Assembly (NCBI GenBank): GCA_050287085.1
Contig: JBNKBE010000021.1
Coordinates: 32,001-96,000 of the forward strand
Source of the DNA: Polyangiaceae bacterium
GTDB lineage: Bacteria > Myxococcota_A > Polyangia > Polyangiales > Polyangiaceae
Reading direction: 5' to 3'
Length of the DNA: 64,000 bases
Position numbers and translations under genes: made by a program. Below the pieces are notes generated by a model that saw nothing but the letters and a program-made list of their open reading frames with translations, was not told the DNA's origin and searched no databases. Each line of letters opens with the position of its first letter. Position 1 is the stretch's first letter. This document shows, in pieces, positions 55,725 to 64,000 of this stretch.

Positions 55725-56363
55725 TTACCGGCGTTCTGCTGGCCGTTGCCACACGGACGTCTCGACGAGTCCGCCGGCGCAGCTTTGGCGGTGGGTTCGT
55801 TGTAATCCTTGGGCCAGCAGTAGGGGCCTCGGATCCACCAAGCGGCGCGCGGAGATGTCGGTCAAGCAGCGGAACGCCGAATACAGCGCTGAGACCCAAA
55901 CGCGTTGTCGTAGACCGACGAGTCCGCGACCATCGAGCACAAAGTCGGCGAGCAGCCACAGGCCGCCCGGCGCCAAGGTGCGATAGAGCTCCGATATCAG
56001 TTGTCCTAGCTGCTCGGCTTCAAAACAGTCCAATACAAATGCGGTGACCACCGCGTCAAAGGGCCCCGAGGGCAGCGTCTGGGTCGCGTCCGCGTGGCAG
56101 AAGGTCACGCGCGGATCGGAGTCGATGCGGCGGCGGGCTAGGCGCAGCATGCGCTTGCTGCTGTCCACTACGGTGATGCGCCCGCCCTCGAGCTCGGCCA
56201 GCAGAGTCGAAAGCAGCCGCCCGTCACCCTCACCAATGATCAGAACATGGCGCTGGCGTTTCAGAACTGGCAAGAGGCAGGTTCGCGCGCGTTCGAGCTG
56301 ACGCCCGAGCAGTATTCGCTCCAGCGGTTCATAGATGGCGGCGACGCGATCGAAGCTTTTCAC
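55725..56363 (-). CDS. Class I SAM-dependent methyltransferase
   Basis: FDRVAAIYE, LIIGEGDG, VDSSKRML, FDAVVTAFVLDCF, LAPGGLWLLADF. Confidence 0.85.
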   Translation of the reverse strand: MKSFDRVAAIYEPLERILLGRQLERARTCLLPVLKRQRHVLIIGEGDGRLLSTLLAELEGGRITVVDSSKRMLRLARRRIDSDPRVTFCHADATQTLPSGPFDAVVTAFVLDCFEAEQLGQLISELYRTLAPGGLWLLADFVLDGRGLVGLRQRVWVSALYSAFRCLTDISARRLVDPRPLLLAQGLQRTHRQSCAGGLVETSVWQRPAERR

Positions 56364-56394
56364 GACGGCTTGCTGAGTGATTGGCGGTAGGGGG

Positions 56395-57279
56395 TTACCA
56401 CCATCCGGGGATTGCGACCAAGAGCAGGGTCGCATCCAGCCAGGCGTGACTACTCTCGGGCTCACGACGGTGCGCGGTTGTGACCACGGCCGCGATGCCC
56501 ACCCCTGCGAGCAGGGCGGACGCCGAGAGAGCGCGGAGCTCTGGCGCAGCGCTGAAGGTGGCAAGCGCCGCGGCCAGGGCCAGCCCGAGCAGTCCAGAAC
56601 GCAAGGTGGGGCGTAGGGGGGGGGGGATAGCGGCCGTTCCGAGCCTCCGATCCAGCGCCTGTTCAACGTCTTGAGTGGCCACCAGGTTCATCCACGCAAG
56701 GGTTAGCAGGCTCGCTAAGTGGAGCAGGGTCAAGGGCGTGGGGGCCGCGGGCCAGACGTAGGCCGTGACGCCAGCGGTGAAGATGGCGGCAACCGAGAAG
56801 AGGCGAGCCCTCACCCGCCACGCTTCGGACGAGGGGGCTCTGGATGCGTGAACGATCGCGAGGTAGGTCAGCGCGAAGGCGAGCAAGCCCAGGCTGGCTC
56901 GCCATGAGGTGGCATCAAAGCTCAGCCAAGCGAGGCCTGCTGTGCCGATTGCGACCACACACCACAGCACCAACACAGGACGCGCCCAACGGCGCTGGAG
57001 CCCGTGCCGCAAAGAGCGGCTGGCGCGCTTTCCCAGGTGTACCGCGTCGAGCCAGCGGTCGGCGCAATAGACCAGCCAGAGCGCAGCGAACAACACGACT
57101 TGTTCGCTGAGCGTGGGGAGCTCGCCGTGAGCGAGTCCAAACGCATATTGCCAGCTCACGCCGACAAGGGGCTCGAGCAAACACAGCGTGGTCAGGATGC
57201 GCACGTCCAGCGTGAGGAGCGAGCCGTCGAGCGCCGCGGGCGGGCGAACCCATGAACCTATCGCCACGTCCGAAGCCAC
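56395..57279 (-). CDS. Multi-pass membrane protein (weak UbiA-like YxxDRxxD motif)
   Basis: About 8 hydrophobic segments; WLVYCADRWLDA. Confidence 0.6.
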   Translation of the reverse strand: MASDVAIGSWVRPPAALDGSLLTLDVRILTTLCLLEPLVGVSWQYAFGLAHGELPTLSEQVVLFAALWLVYCADRWLDAVHLGKRASRSLRHGLQRRWARPVLVLWCVVAIGTAGLAWLSFDATSWRASLGLLAFALTYLAIVHASRAPSSEAWRVRARLFSVAAIFTAGVTAYVWPAAPTPLTLLHLASLLTLAWMNLVATQDVEQALDRRLGTAAIPPPLRPTLRSGLLGLALAAALATFSAAPELRALSASALLAGVGIAAVVTTAHRREPESSHAWLDATLLLVAIPGWW

Positions 57280-57422
57280 CGTTCAGCAATGTGGCCGTCA
57301 AGGGGCGAGAGCCGCTGACGGGGCTTGGACGAACATAGCGCTCGGCTCGGAGATATCATCAGGCCCTTTGTCCTCTAACACAACTTCCCCCATTGCGAAG
57401 CGAAGCTCTTTGACGACCGCCC

Positions 57423-58283
57423 TCAGTCGGCCCCTTCGAGGCGCTCGAGGGTTTGCTCGATCGCGCGTTCGGCAAGGTTTTGCAGGGGCGTACCGAACGC
57501 GTGTCCCCATTGGCCGCTGCCTTCCGTCCAAGCTTCCACGCCCGCCTGCCTCAGCCAGCGCACGGTGCGGGGCGCGGCCCGTTCGCAGGCTCGCGTTCCG
57601 CAGAGCAGCAGCGCGATGCGTCCCCCGCGCGTTCGAAAGCGCTCGGCAGAGCGTATTGTCCACTGCTGATAGCCGCCTTCGATGAGCAGTACCGCGGCGA
57701 ACGCGGTTTCGATGCTGTCGAGGGCGAGTGAGCCCATGGTCGCTCCCTGTGAGTAGCCAATGTAGATGCGACGGCTTTCGTCGACGTTGGCGTACGCCCC
57801 GCCGGCGAGCGCAGCCAGCCCCTCGTTGACACGGGCTGCGAGTGCGCGATGGTTTTCGTAGTAGAACGCGTCCGCGCTCCCCATCGAGCGCCCGGGGATA
57901 CACAATACGCTGGCTCTTTGCGCGACCACCCGCGACCAGAACTGGCAGTGCGCCCGGGGCGAGCCCCCCGCGCCGTGGGCTACCACGAGCAAAGGGAGCG
58001 GCAAGCTGGACGGTGGCGCGTAGACATGTGCCGCCTCACCCCCGCTCAGGACCACTTGGGCACGAAGTACGGCTGGCTCAGTACTCAGAGCGGTGCGCGC
58101 GTTGGGGCGCGCCTTGTCGAGCCGAGTCGCCGATGTTGGCGCAGGAAGTGCCTTCGGCGGAGACAGGGCGCGAGGCGGGGCGAAAGAGTGCGCTGGCGCA
58201 GGCTCCGGGGGCTGTGCTCGCTGCGGCGTGGGGGGAGCGGCGCAGGCGATGACCCACAGACCCAGCGCTCCCGCCGATCTCAT
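57423..58283 (-). CDS. Alpha/beta hydrolase lipoprotein
   Basis: Lipobox VIAC, Pro-rich linker, HGAGG, GYSQG nucleophile elbow, GH near the C-terminus. Confidence 0.8.
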   Translation of the reverse strand: MRSAGALGLWVIACAAPPTPQRAQPPEPAPAHSFAPPRALSPPKALPAPTSATRLDKARPNARTALSTEPAVLRAQVVLSGGEAAHVYAPPSSLPLPLLVVAHGAGGSPRAHCQFWSRVVAQRASVLCIPGRSMGSADAFYYENHRALAARVNEGLAALAGGAYANVDESRRIYIGYSQGATMGSLALDSIETAFAAVLLIEGGYQQWTIRSAERFRTRGGRIALLLCGTRACERAAPRTVRWLRQAGVEAWTEGSGQWGHAFGTPLQNLAERAIEQTLERLEGAD

Positions 58284-59182
58284 CGGGACAGAGCGTCGGC
58301 GACCAGCTCGGCGAGGTCGTCTTGGCGGCTCGGCGCAGGGGGCGAGCGCTTGGGGAGGGGTGACGAGGGCACGGGCTCGCTGCGTTGCGTCCAGCGTTTG
58401 AACCAGCCCCCACCCGTTGAGGCCTCGAGACTGAAGTCACCTTGCGCCACCCGCGCCGGTGCGTCGCGCAAGGCGGTTCCCAGAGCTTGATGGGCGCGGG
58501 CGAAGTCTCGGGCGTCTCCCAGCAAGCTGGCCTGGGTGGCCTGAGCGGCGCGGCGCGCGGCGCGGAGATCGAGCCCGTGGTGGGAGGCAAATAGCGCTGT
58601 CCACAAGGCCAGAGTGGGGGCGTCGGCGGCGGTGAACTGTTGAATGCTCGGACCCCCGCAGCTCTTCTGGTAGACGTGTGCACCGTCGAGGAGTAGGGCT
58701 CCCAGGCCCAGTTGTACCGCGACGATCTCGGCACCGATCGGATTGCGCTCGGGCTCCGAGCCTTCCGCGCGTACCTCCTCGATGAAGATGTGCGCCAAGG
58801 AACGGGCGAGTAGAGTTCCGAGCAGGGGAGGGACGGATAGCGTGCGGGCGTCCAGCTGCAGCTCCCACTCATCCCCGCCGTCGACGATACGGCTGAGCGC
58901 CCCGGAAGGTAGCGCGGGCGCGCAGGTGCCGCCGCAATGAGCGCCCGCTGGCGCGTCGCCCAGCAGGCTGATCCTGATCGGAATATCCGTCAGGCCAGTG
59001 TGGCTCTGGAGTCGGTCGAGGACCCGCTGCGCGCCAGAGCCGTCGCCCGTGAACGGATCCGGGAAGTACTCCGGTGTGGCCAATACGAGCGGGGAGGGGG
59101 TCATCTCCGCGCCGAAGCGCACAAGCTGCGCCGCGTAGGGCGGGACGAGCCGTCGGCACTGCTCAACGTTCGGAAACTCCAT
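58280..59182 (-). CDS. Hypothetical protein
   Basis: 300-aa ORF with typical codon bias, 4-nt overlap with the downstream hydrolase; contains a CGGTC motif. Confidence 0.65.
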   Translation of the reverse strand: MEFPNVEQCRRLVPPYAAQLVRFGAEMTPSPLVLATPEYFPDPFTGDGSGAQRVLDRLQSHTGLTDIPIRISLLGDAPAGAHCGGTCAPALPSGALSRIVDGGDEWELQLDARTLSVPPLLGTLLARSLAHIFIEEVRAEGSEPERNPIGAEIVAVQLGLGALLLDGAHVYQKSCGGPSIQQFTAADAPTLALWTALFASHHGLDLRAARRAAQATQASLLGDARDFARAHQALGTALRDAPARVAQGDFSLEASTGGGWFKRWTQRSEPVPSSPLPKRSPPAPSRQDDLAELVADALSR

Positions 59183-59200
59183 GGCTGGATTATGGCAAAT

Positions 59201-59228
59201 CGACGATGCCCTGGCCAGGGCATCGTCG
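59201..59228. repeat. Perfect 28-bp palindrome
   Basis: CGACGATGCCCTGG|CCAGGGCATCGTCG. Confidence 0.85.
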
Positions 59229-59248
59229 GCGCGCTCGATCTCCTCGCT

Positions 59249-59294
59249 GGGCCAGCTGAGTTGCCGGGCCAGCTGAGTTGCCGGGCTAGCTGAG
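59249..59294. repeat. 17-bp tandem repeat (about 2.7 copies)
   Basis: GGGCCAGCTGAGTTGCC x2 followed by GGGCTAGCTGAG. Confidence 0.8.
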
Positions 59295-60710
59295 GCTCCA
59301 TTGCGGCAGGCGGCCAGGGGGCGTTTTCGGCACCAGCTCCAGTCGCCGTGCCAAGTCTGAAACGAAGCGATTTTCGGGGTCGTAGCGCCGCTTGAGCGCC
59401 AGCCAGTCCTCCACCTGGGGGTACATTTGTCGCAGCGTTTGGGGGCTCAGGAAAGCGTCTTTGCCCAGGTACACGCGGCCCCCGGCTGCAATCACCATCG
59501 CGTCCAGTCTCTTCAGCAGGGCGGCCGTGGTGTCCCGGAGCGGGAAATCGATGGCGAAGGTGTAGCCTGCCGTAGGGAATGAGAGCAGGCCCTGACTTGC
59601 GGGACCAAAGCGCTTGAGAACATTGAGAAACGGCAGGTTGCCGGAACTGATGATCGCTTGCAGTATCTCCTGCATACGCTCGTAGCCGTCTTCCTCTGGG
59701 ATAACGAACTGGTATTGGGTGAATCCGCGTCGGCCATAGCCGCGATTCCAATGGCGTGCGAGACTATCGAGCGGGTAGAAAAAGTGGTCGTAGTGCGAAA
59801 ACGCCGCGCCGCCGCGCAGCTTCGCTTTGAGCACGACGTTCAAGAGCCGAATCGTCAGCGGATTGAGCACAAACTCGGGCAGTTCGAAGGGGAGTGACAA
59901 GCGGGCGGGTCTGCCCACCCGCAACGGATCCCTGCGCAATGCGGTCGGCAGTTCGTCAACGCGCGCGTGGTTGCCCACCGTCAGAACCCCAGAGCCCAAG
60001 CGCGGGCCGGTGGCGACGGGGTCAACGTACGCGACCGAATAGGCGAAGTCGGCGTCATATCGGGCCATCGCCTCGAGCATCTCCCGAAGATCTCGTGCCA
60101 CGATCGCCTTCTGCCGAAAGTAGCTCGACTCGATGCGACGCAGCTCGAGGGTCACGTCGAGCACAGCGCCTAGCAATCCCAACCCCCCAAATGAGCCCCA
60201 AAACAGGTCGGGTTCCACTTCTCGGCTGCACTCGACGATTTTTCCGCTGGCCAGCAGAACGCGCATGGAGTGCACGCAGTTGCAGAATGTGCCTTGGGAG
60301 TGGTGCGCTTTGCCGTGCACATCGTTGGCGATGCAGCCGCCCAAGGTGACGAAGCGAGTCCCCGGCGTAATGGCGGGGAAGAAACCTCGCGGAACGAAGT
60401 CCGTGATGATTTGCTCGAGGCTAACCCCTGATTCGGCGGTCAGCACGCCGGTTGTGCCGTCAAACGCCAGGTAGCGGTCGAAGCGCTCCGTCCCCAGCAC
60501 GTGACCACGGTCGTTTAGGGCCGGATCCCCATAGCTCCGCCCCAGCCCACGCAGGGCCAGTGGGCGAGCCACTGCGTCTTGAAAAGACTTCAGCGCTTCG
60601 GGCTGACTCAGGGTCGAGTGCGAGCGCGGGTAAGCACCCCAACCGGTGAGTTCGGGTTGAAAACACGCGCCGTGGCTGGGCACGGATACACGAGGCGCCG
60701 TATCGACCAT
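59286..60710 (-). CDS. FAD-binding oxidoreductase, DprE1-like
   Basis: LTGWG, RGLGRSYGD, PGTRFVTLGGCIANDVHGK, FFYPLD, GFTQYQ, GGRVYLGKD. Confidence 0.88.
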   Translation of the reverse strand: MVDTAPRVSVPSHGACFQPELTGWGAYPRSHSTLSQPEALKSFQDAVARPLALRGLGRSYGDPALNDRGHVLGTERFDRYLAFDGTTGVLTAESGVSLEQIITDFVPRGFFPAITPGTRFVTLGGCIANDVHGKAHHSQGTFCNCVHSMRVLLASGKIVECSREVEPDLFWGSFGGLGLLGAVLDVTLELRRIESSYFRQKAIVARDLREMLEAMARYDADFAYSVAYVDPVATGPRLGSGVLTVGNHARVDELPTALRRDPLRVGRPARLSLPFELPEFVLNPLTIRLLNVVLKAKLRGGAAFSHYDHFFYPLDSLARHWNRGYGRRGFTQYQFVIPEEDGYERMQEILQAIISSGNLPFLNVLKRFGPASQGLLSFPTAGYTFAIDFPLRDTTAALLKRLDAMVIAAGGRVYLGKDAFLSPQTLRQMYPQVEDWLALKRRYDPENRFVSDLARRLELVPKTPPGRLPQWSLS

Positions 60711-60775
60711 GGGGACCGTGTGCCATACCCGTTCGCAGATGCCAACCCCGCCGCCGCGAAGTCGTACCCAGGCCG

Positions 60776-61255
60776 TCAGCTGGGCGCGGGCAGGTCAGCG
60801 TCCGGTAGATGCCCGCGCCGGACGCGTTCCATTTCCGCCAGCCGCGCCATGACGCCGCGGGCGACGATGGCCAGGACCTGCTCGATCAACTGATGATGAT
60901 GACCCGGGCTGCCTCCGAAGGTCAGTTGGCTCTTAGCGTGTTTTCCGCTGGGAAGCACGCCCTCGGCGACCACCTTGACGCGCAGCAGGTTGTCGCTGGT
61001 GGAGACCTTGAGCTCGTGAACAAAGAACCGGTATTCGATTCGCGAGTCGGCTGAGGCACCCCACTGCAGCGAGCGCGCTTCGCGATGCAAGACACCGGTC
61101 AGGTAGCGACGATAGCGCTTGGCGCCAAGACGTTCCGGGAAGGTCAAGCGATCGAGCACGACCGTGGGGCGGCCATCTCCTGCAAGACTTGCCCGTGTTG
61201 GACCGAGTGCGAGCACGATCGCGATCAATCCTGAGACAAGCAGTCGACCGGTCAT
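60776..61255 (-). CDS. Exported hypothetical protein
   Basis: Signal peptide ending SLA; co-oriented between ctpA and the DprE1-like gene. Confidence 0.6.
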   Translation of the reverse strand: MTGRLLVSGLIAIVLALGPTRASLAGDGRPTVVLDRLTFPERLGAKRYRRYLTGVLHREARSLQWGASADSRIEYRFFVHELKVSTSDNLLRVKVVAEGVLPSGKHAKSQLTFGGSPGHHHQLIEQVLAIVARGVMARLAEMERVRRGHLPDADLPAPS

Positions 61256-61303
61256 GCCTGCGCCCCTACTTCAGACGCGAGGACGGGGCCAACTTTCGGG
61301 GGG

Positions 61304-62653
61304 CTATCGCTGGCGCTCAGCGATGCGGGCGCGCAGAACTTGGAAGCCAATTGAGAGAGCAAAGTCAGGACCGTTCGTGGGATCTCGCGGAACTTGGCGC
61401 GCCACCCCCAGATGCGTCGGAGAGAGCCCGGGTTCTTCTTCCTGCAATTTTCCTGGTCGCAGCGCGCCTCTCGGGGATTGGGCTCCGGCAGCGGGTTCAG
61501 CCGGCAGGTGGTTGTCGAGGTCCGCTTCCCGAACCACGCGGAAGGACGTGTCTTTGACGTAACCTGCTTCGACGAGTACGTCGGGATGAATCCCCCGCGC
61601 CTGGATCGAATGGCCCGCGGGGGTGTAGTACCGCATCGTGGTTAGGCGCAGCGCCGTTTCGTCGGGCAACGTGAACAGCGTTTGCACCGAGCCTTTGCCA
61701 AAGGTGGGAGAGCCGACCACGGTGGCGCGGTGTTGGTCTTGTAGTGCTCCTGCCACGAGTTCGGCGGCACTGGCGCTGAACTCGTTGACCAACACCACAC
61801 AGGGCTCCGAGTGAAGTGCGCCGCCCGTCGTTGCGGACACGTCGTCGACGATACGCCCCCGACTGCGCGTGCTGTAGACCTGTCCGCCATCGAGAAACTC
61901 ATCGGCCACGGCGGCGGCTTCCAGGACCAATCCCCCGGGATTGTTCCTGAGGTCCAATACGACACCCGCTAGCCCTTGCGGCATCTGCTCGCGGAGGTGG
62001 CTTACCTGGTCAAGCAGTTCACGGTGTGTTCCGTGCTGGAATTGCTTGACGCGCACATAGCCGATGCGTTCGACGAGTTCCCGCGTGGCAATGCTGGCCA
62101 CCTCGATGACGCGACGTTCCAGCTCGAACTCTAGCGGCTTGTTATGCCCTCGCCGGCGTATTGTCAGTGTAAGTCGCGTGCCGGGACGCCCGCGCATCTG
62201 CTCGACGAGACGAGATAGGCTTTCTTCCGCCAGACGTTCGCCGTTGACGGCCACGATACGATCGCCCGGCAGGATGCCAGCCTGATCGGCGGGCGAACCC
62301 TCGATGGGGGCGATGACGATCACTTGCTCGTTGCGGAGGTCGACTTCCACCCCGATGCCACCGAAGGCGCCTTCCGTATCCGATCGCAGGCGGGCATAAC
62401 GCTCCTTCGTGAGGTAACTCGAGTGGGGATCGAGCTCTGCCACCATGCCCTCGAGGGCGCCTTCGAGGAGTCGCTCTCGTTCGACGGGCTCGACGTATTC
62501 GTTCTCGATCAGCACCAGGCTTTCAGCCAGTCGTCGTAGCACCCCGTACGGGCTGTCGCTTTCTGCGTGAGCTCCCGCCAAGTGGGTGCATGTCGCACCC
62601 AACGCGTAGCCGGTCAGTAGGAGTAATGTGGACTTGAGAAGAGACCGTCGCAT
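61304..62653 (-). CDS. ctpA: Carboxyl-terminal processing protease (S41A, PDZ)
   Basis: LDPHSSY, GGIG, LDLRNNPGG, SASAAE, GKGSVQ, YYTPAG. Confidence 0.92.
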   Translation of the reverse strand: MRRSLLKSTLLLLTGYALGATCTHLAGAHAESDSPYGVLRRLAESLVLIENEYVEPVERERLLEGALEGMVAELDPHSSYLTKERYARLRSDTEGAFGGIGVEVDLRNEQVIVIAPIEGSPADQAGILPGDRIVAVNGERLAEESLSRLVEQMRGRPGTRLTLTIRRRGHNKPLEFELERRVIEVASIATRELVERIGYVRVKQFQHGTHRELLDQVSHLREQMPQGLAGVVLDLRNNPGGLVLEAAAVADEFLDGGQVYSTRSRGRIVDDVSATTGGALHSEPCVVLVNEFSASAAELVAGALQDQHRATVVGSPTFGKGSVQTLFTLPDETALRLTTMRYYTPAGHSIQARGIHPDVLVEAGYVKDTSFRVVREADLDNHLPAEPAAGAQSPRGALRPGKLQEEEPGLSPTHLGVARQVPRDPTNGPDFALSIGFQVLRARIAERQR

Positions 62654-63130
62654 CACGTGTTTACAATAAAGGATCGACTGCTTTTTATTCAGAACTACAA
62701 ACTTTCTTGCGATTGTCGTCGAATAGAGCATTAATTCTTCACGTAAGTGTGCCGCCTCTAACGTGGCGCCATGACGCTCGACATCCGACATGTTTCACAT
62801 CCTCATCGCCAACGGTCTGTGCGAGCATCCGCTCCGGCACCGGGCGCCGTCAGGGCGGTACGTGTCTGCGAGGCGGGCGGCCTTGGGCTCAGCGCTGGCA
62901 GGGCAGTTCGGGTCGGCCAGCGCTCGCGCGGGGCTCATGCTTCTCGCGCGGCCGGGGTTCGTCGGGCGGCTGTCCTCTGGGCAGTCGAGGCACGGCTGAC
63001 GATTGAGGACGCGGGCACGCCCGGGGGCGGCGTGCAACCGGCGACAACGGCGCCGATTTGTTGAAACCGATGAACGACCGCTTGCACAAGCGGCATCCGA
63101 GACAACCACACCAACACACAGCGAGGTAGA

Positions 63131-63355
63131 ATGACCGAGAATACGACGAACCGGGGTAGTGATAAGCGCAAGCAAAGCCTCTACTTCCCGGAAGCAATGC
63201 TGCAGGAGATCAAGGATGAGGCTGCCCGCTTGGACCGGTCCCTGTCGTGGATCGTGCAGCGTGCATGGAAGATCGCGCGACTGGAGATCAAGAAGATACC
63301 GAGCGTGAACGACATTGAGGAAGAGGCGCTTTCCGCGCCGAAGCCGCAGCTCTGA
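63131..63355 (+). CDS. Small myxobacterial protein (TIGR04563-like, RHH-like)
   Basis: DKRKQSLYFPEAMLQEIKDEAARLDRSLSWIVQRAWKIAR; SD GAGG. Confidence 0.85.
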   Translation: MTENTTNRGSDKRKQSLYFPEAMLQEIKDEAARLDRSLSWIVQRAWKIARLEIKKIPSVNDIEEEALSAPKPQL

Positions 63356-63527
63356 GGGGCGGCCGCGAGCATGCGCATCGCAGCCGGTTCTCGCCGCCTG
63401 AGTGGCCCGGTGCAGTAGTGGGTTGCGCTTTGGGGCGCGCCGGCGGCGGGGTGGAATGTGACCCGAGAAACCGCGAGAGCAGGGGGAGTGGCGGCGATTG
63501 CCAACAGCCAAGGAAGACTGCGTTTTT

Positions 63528-64000
63528 GTGAGCGAGAAGAACATCGAGGTGATAGGTCGTTTGTTGGCCTTGTTGGCACACGACCTGCGAAATCCCCTTT
63601 CGGCGCTGCACTCCAATCTGGGTTTCTTGGCCGCTGTCTTGGAGCATCCCGAGCCGGATGTGAGCGACGCTATTTCAGACGGCCTGATCTCCTGCGAGGG
63701 AGTTGGACACATTATCGACAATATGGATCTGCTGGGGCAGAGCCTGCGAGGCCACGAAGAGCGCGCGGCGGACCGCATCGTTCTGCCTGCGTTCGTCTCT
63801 GAGGTTGTGGCTGGGTGCCGTACGTTGTGCGACAGCCATGGTCTGAGCATCGAAGTGGTCAACGAGTTGCCCGGCAAGACCGTCACCGTGAGCGCAAATC
63901 GCGAACTACTTTCGCGAGCGCTGTCGAATCTGGTGCGCAACTCGATTCAGCATGCGCCTTCAGGCTCGGTGGTGCGCTTGTTCTTGACGGCTACTGAGCA
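63528..64000 (+). CDS. Histidine kinase (HisKA + HATPase), runs off the window edge
   Basis: Manual translation shows H-box LAHDLRNPLSAL and N-box RALSNLVRNSIQHA. Confidence 0.85.
   Translation, partial: MSEKNIEVIGRLLALLAHDLRNPLSALHSNLGFLAAVLEHPEPDVSDAISDGLISCEGVGHIIDNMDLLGQSLRGHEERAADRIVLPAFVSEVVAGCRTLCDSHGLSIEVVNELPGKTVTVSANRELLSRALSNLVRNSIQHAPSGSVVRLFLTATE

Noticed and set aside
1..64000. Numerous antisense and alternate-frame ORFs; tRNA, rRNA, transposase or phage genes
   Set aside because: The shadow ORFs overlap well-supported genes and are expected in GC-rich DNA; no RNA-gene or mobile-element signatures were recognised by eye

Overview
This GC-rich window most likely comes from a myxobacterium (Myxococcota, probably Polyangiales-like). 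The indicators are an ElbD-type ether-lipid multidomain gene, a TIGR04563-like small protein and a Cys-rich lipoprotein. Positions ~3.0-41.7 kb hold one nearly complete flagellar gene cluster in two divergent arms. It encodes three minimal flagellins, fliDS, maf, csrA, fliW, flgKLMN, flgAGHIJ, a FleQ-like activator, flgBCDEF, fliE-R, flhABF and fliA. The cluster has no motA/motB, flhG or che genes, FliM lacks its CheY-binding peptide, FliK is very short, and fliA carries a single frameshift. Much of its regulation can be read from the DNA: eight sigma54 promoters, three variant sigma28 promoters and CsrA hairpins on the flagellin leaders. The flanks carry glnA, greB, rnd, an M16 peptidase-LysM fusion, a degenerate sigma54 activator, an elb-like lipid locus with decayed C-terminal domains, a DprE1-like oxidase, a CtpA protease and a partial histidine kinase. 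I recognised no rRNA, tRNA, CRISPR array or mobile element. All calls come from motif recognition by eye; no database searches were run.
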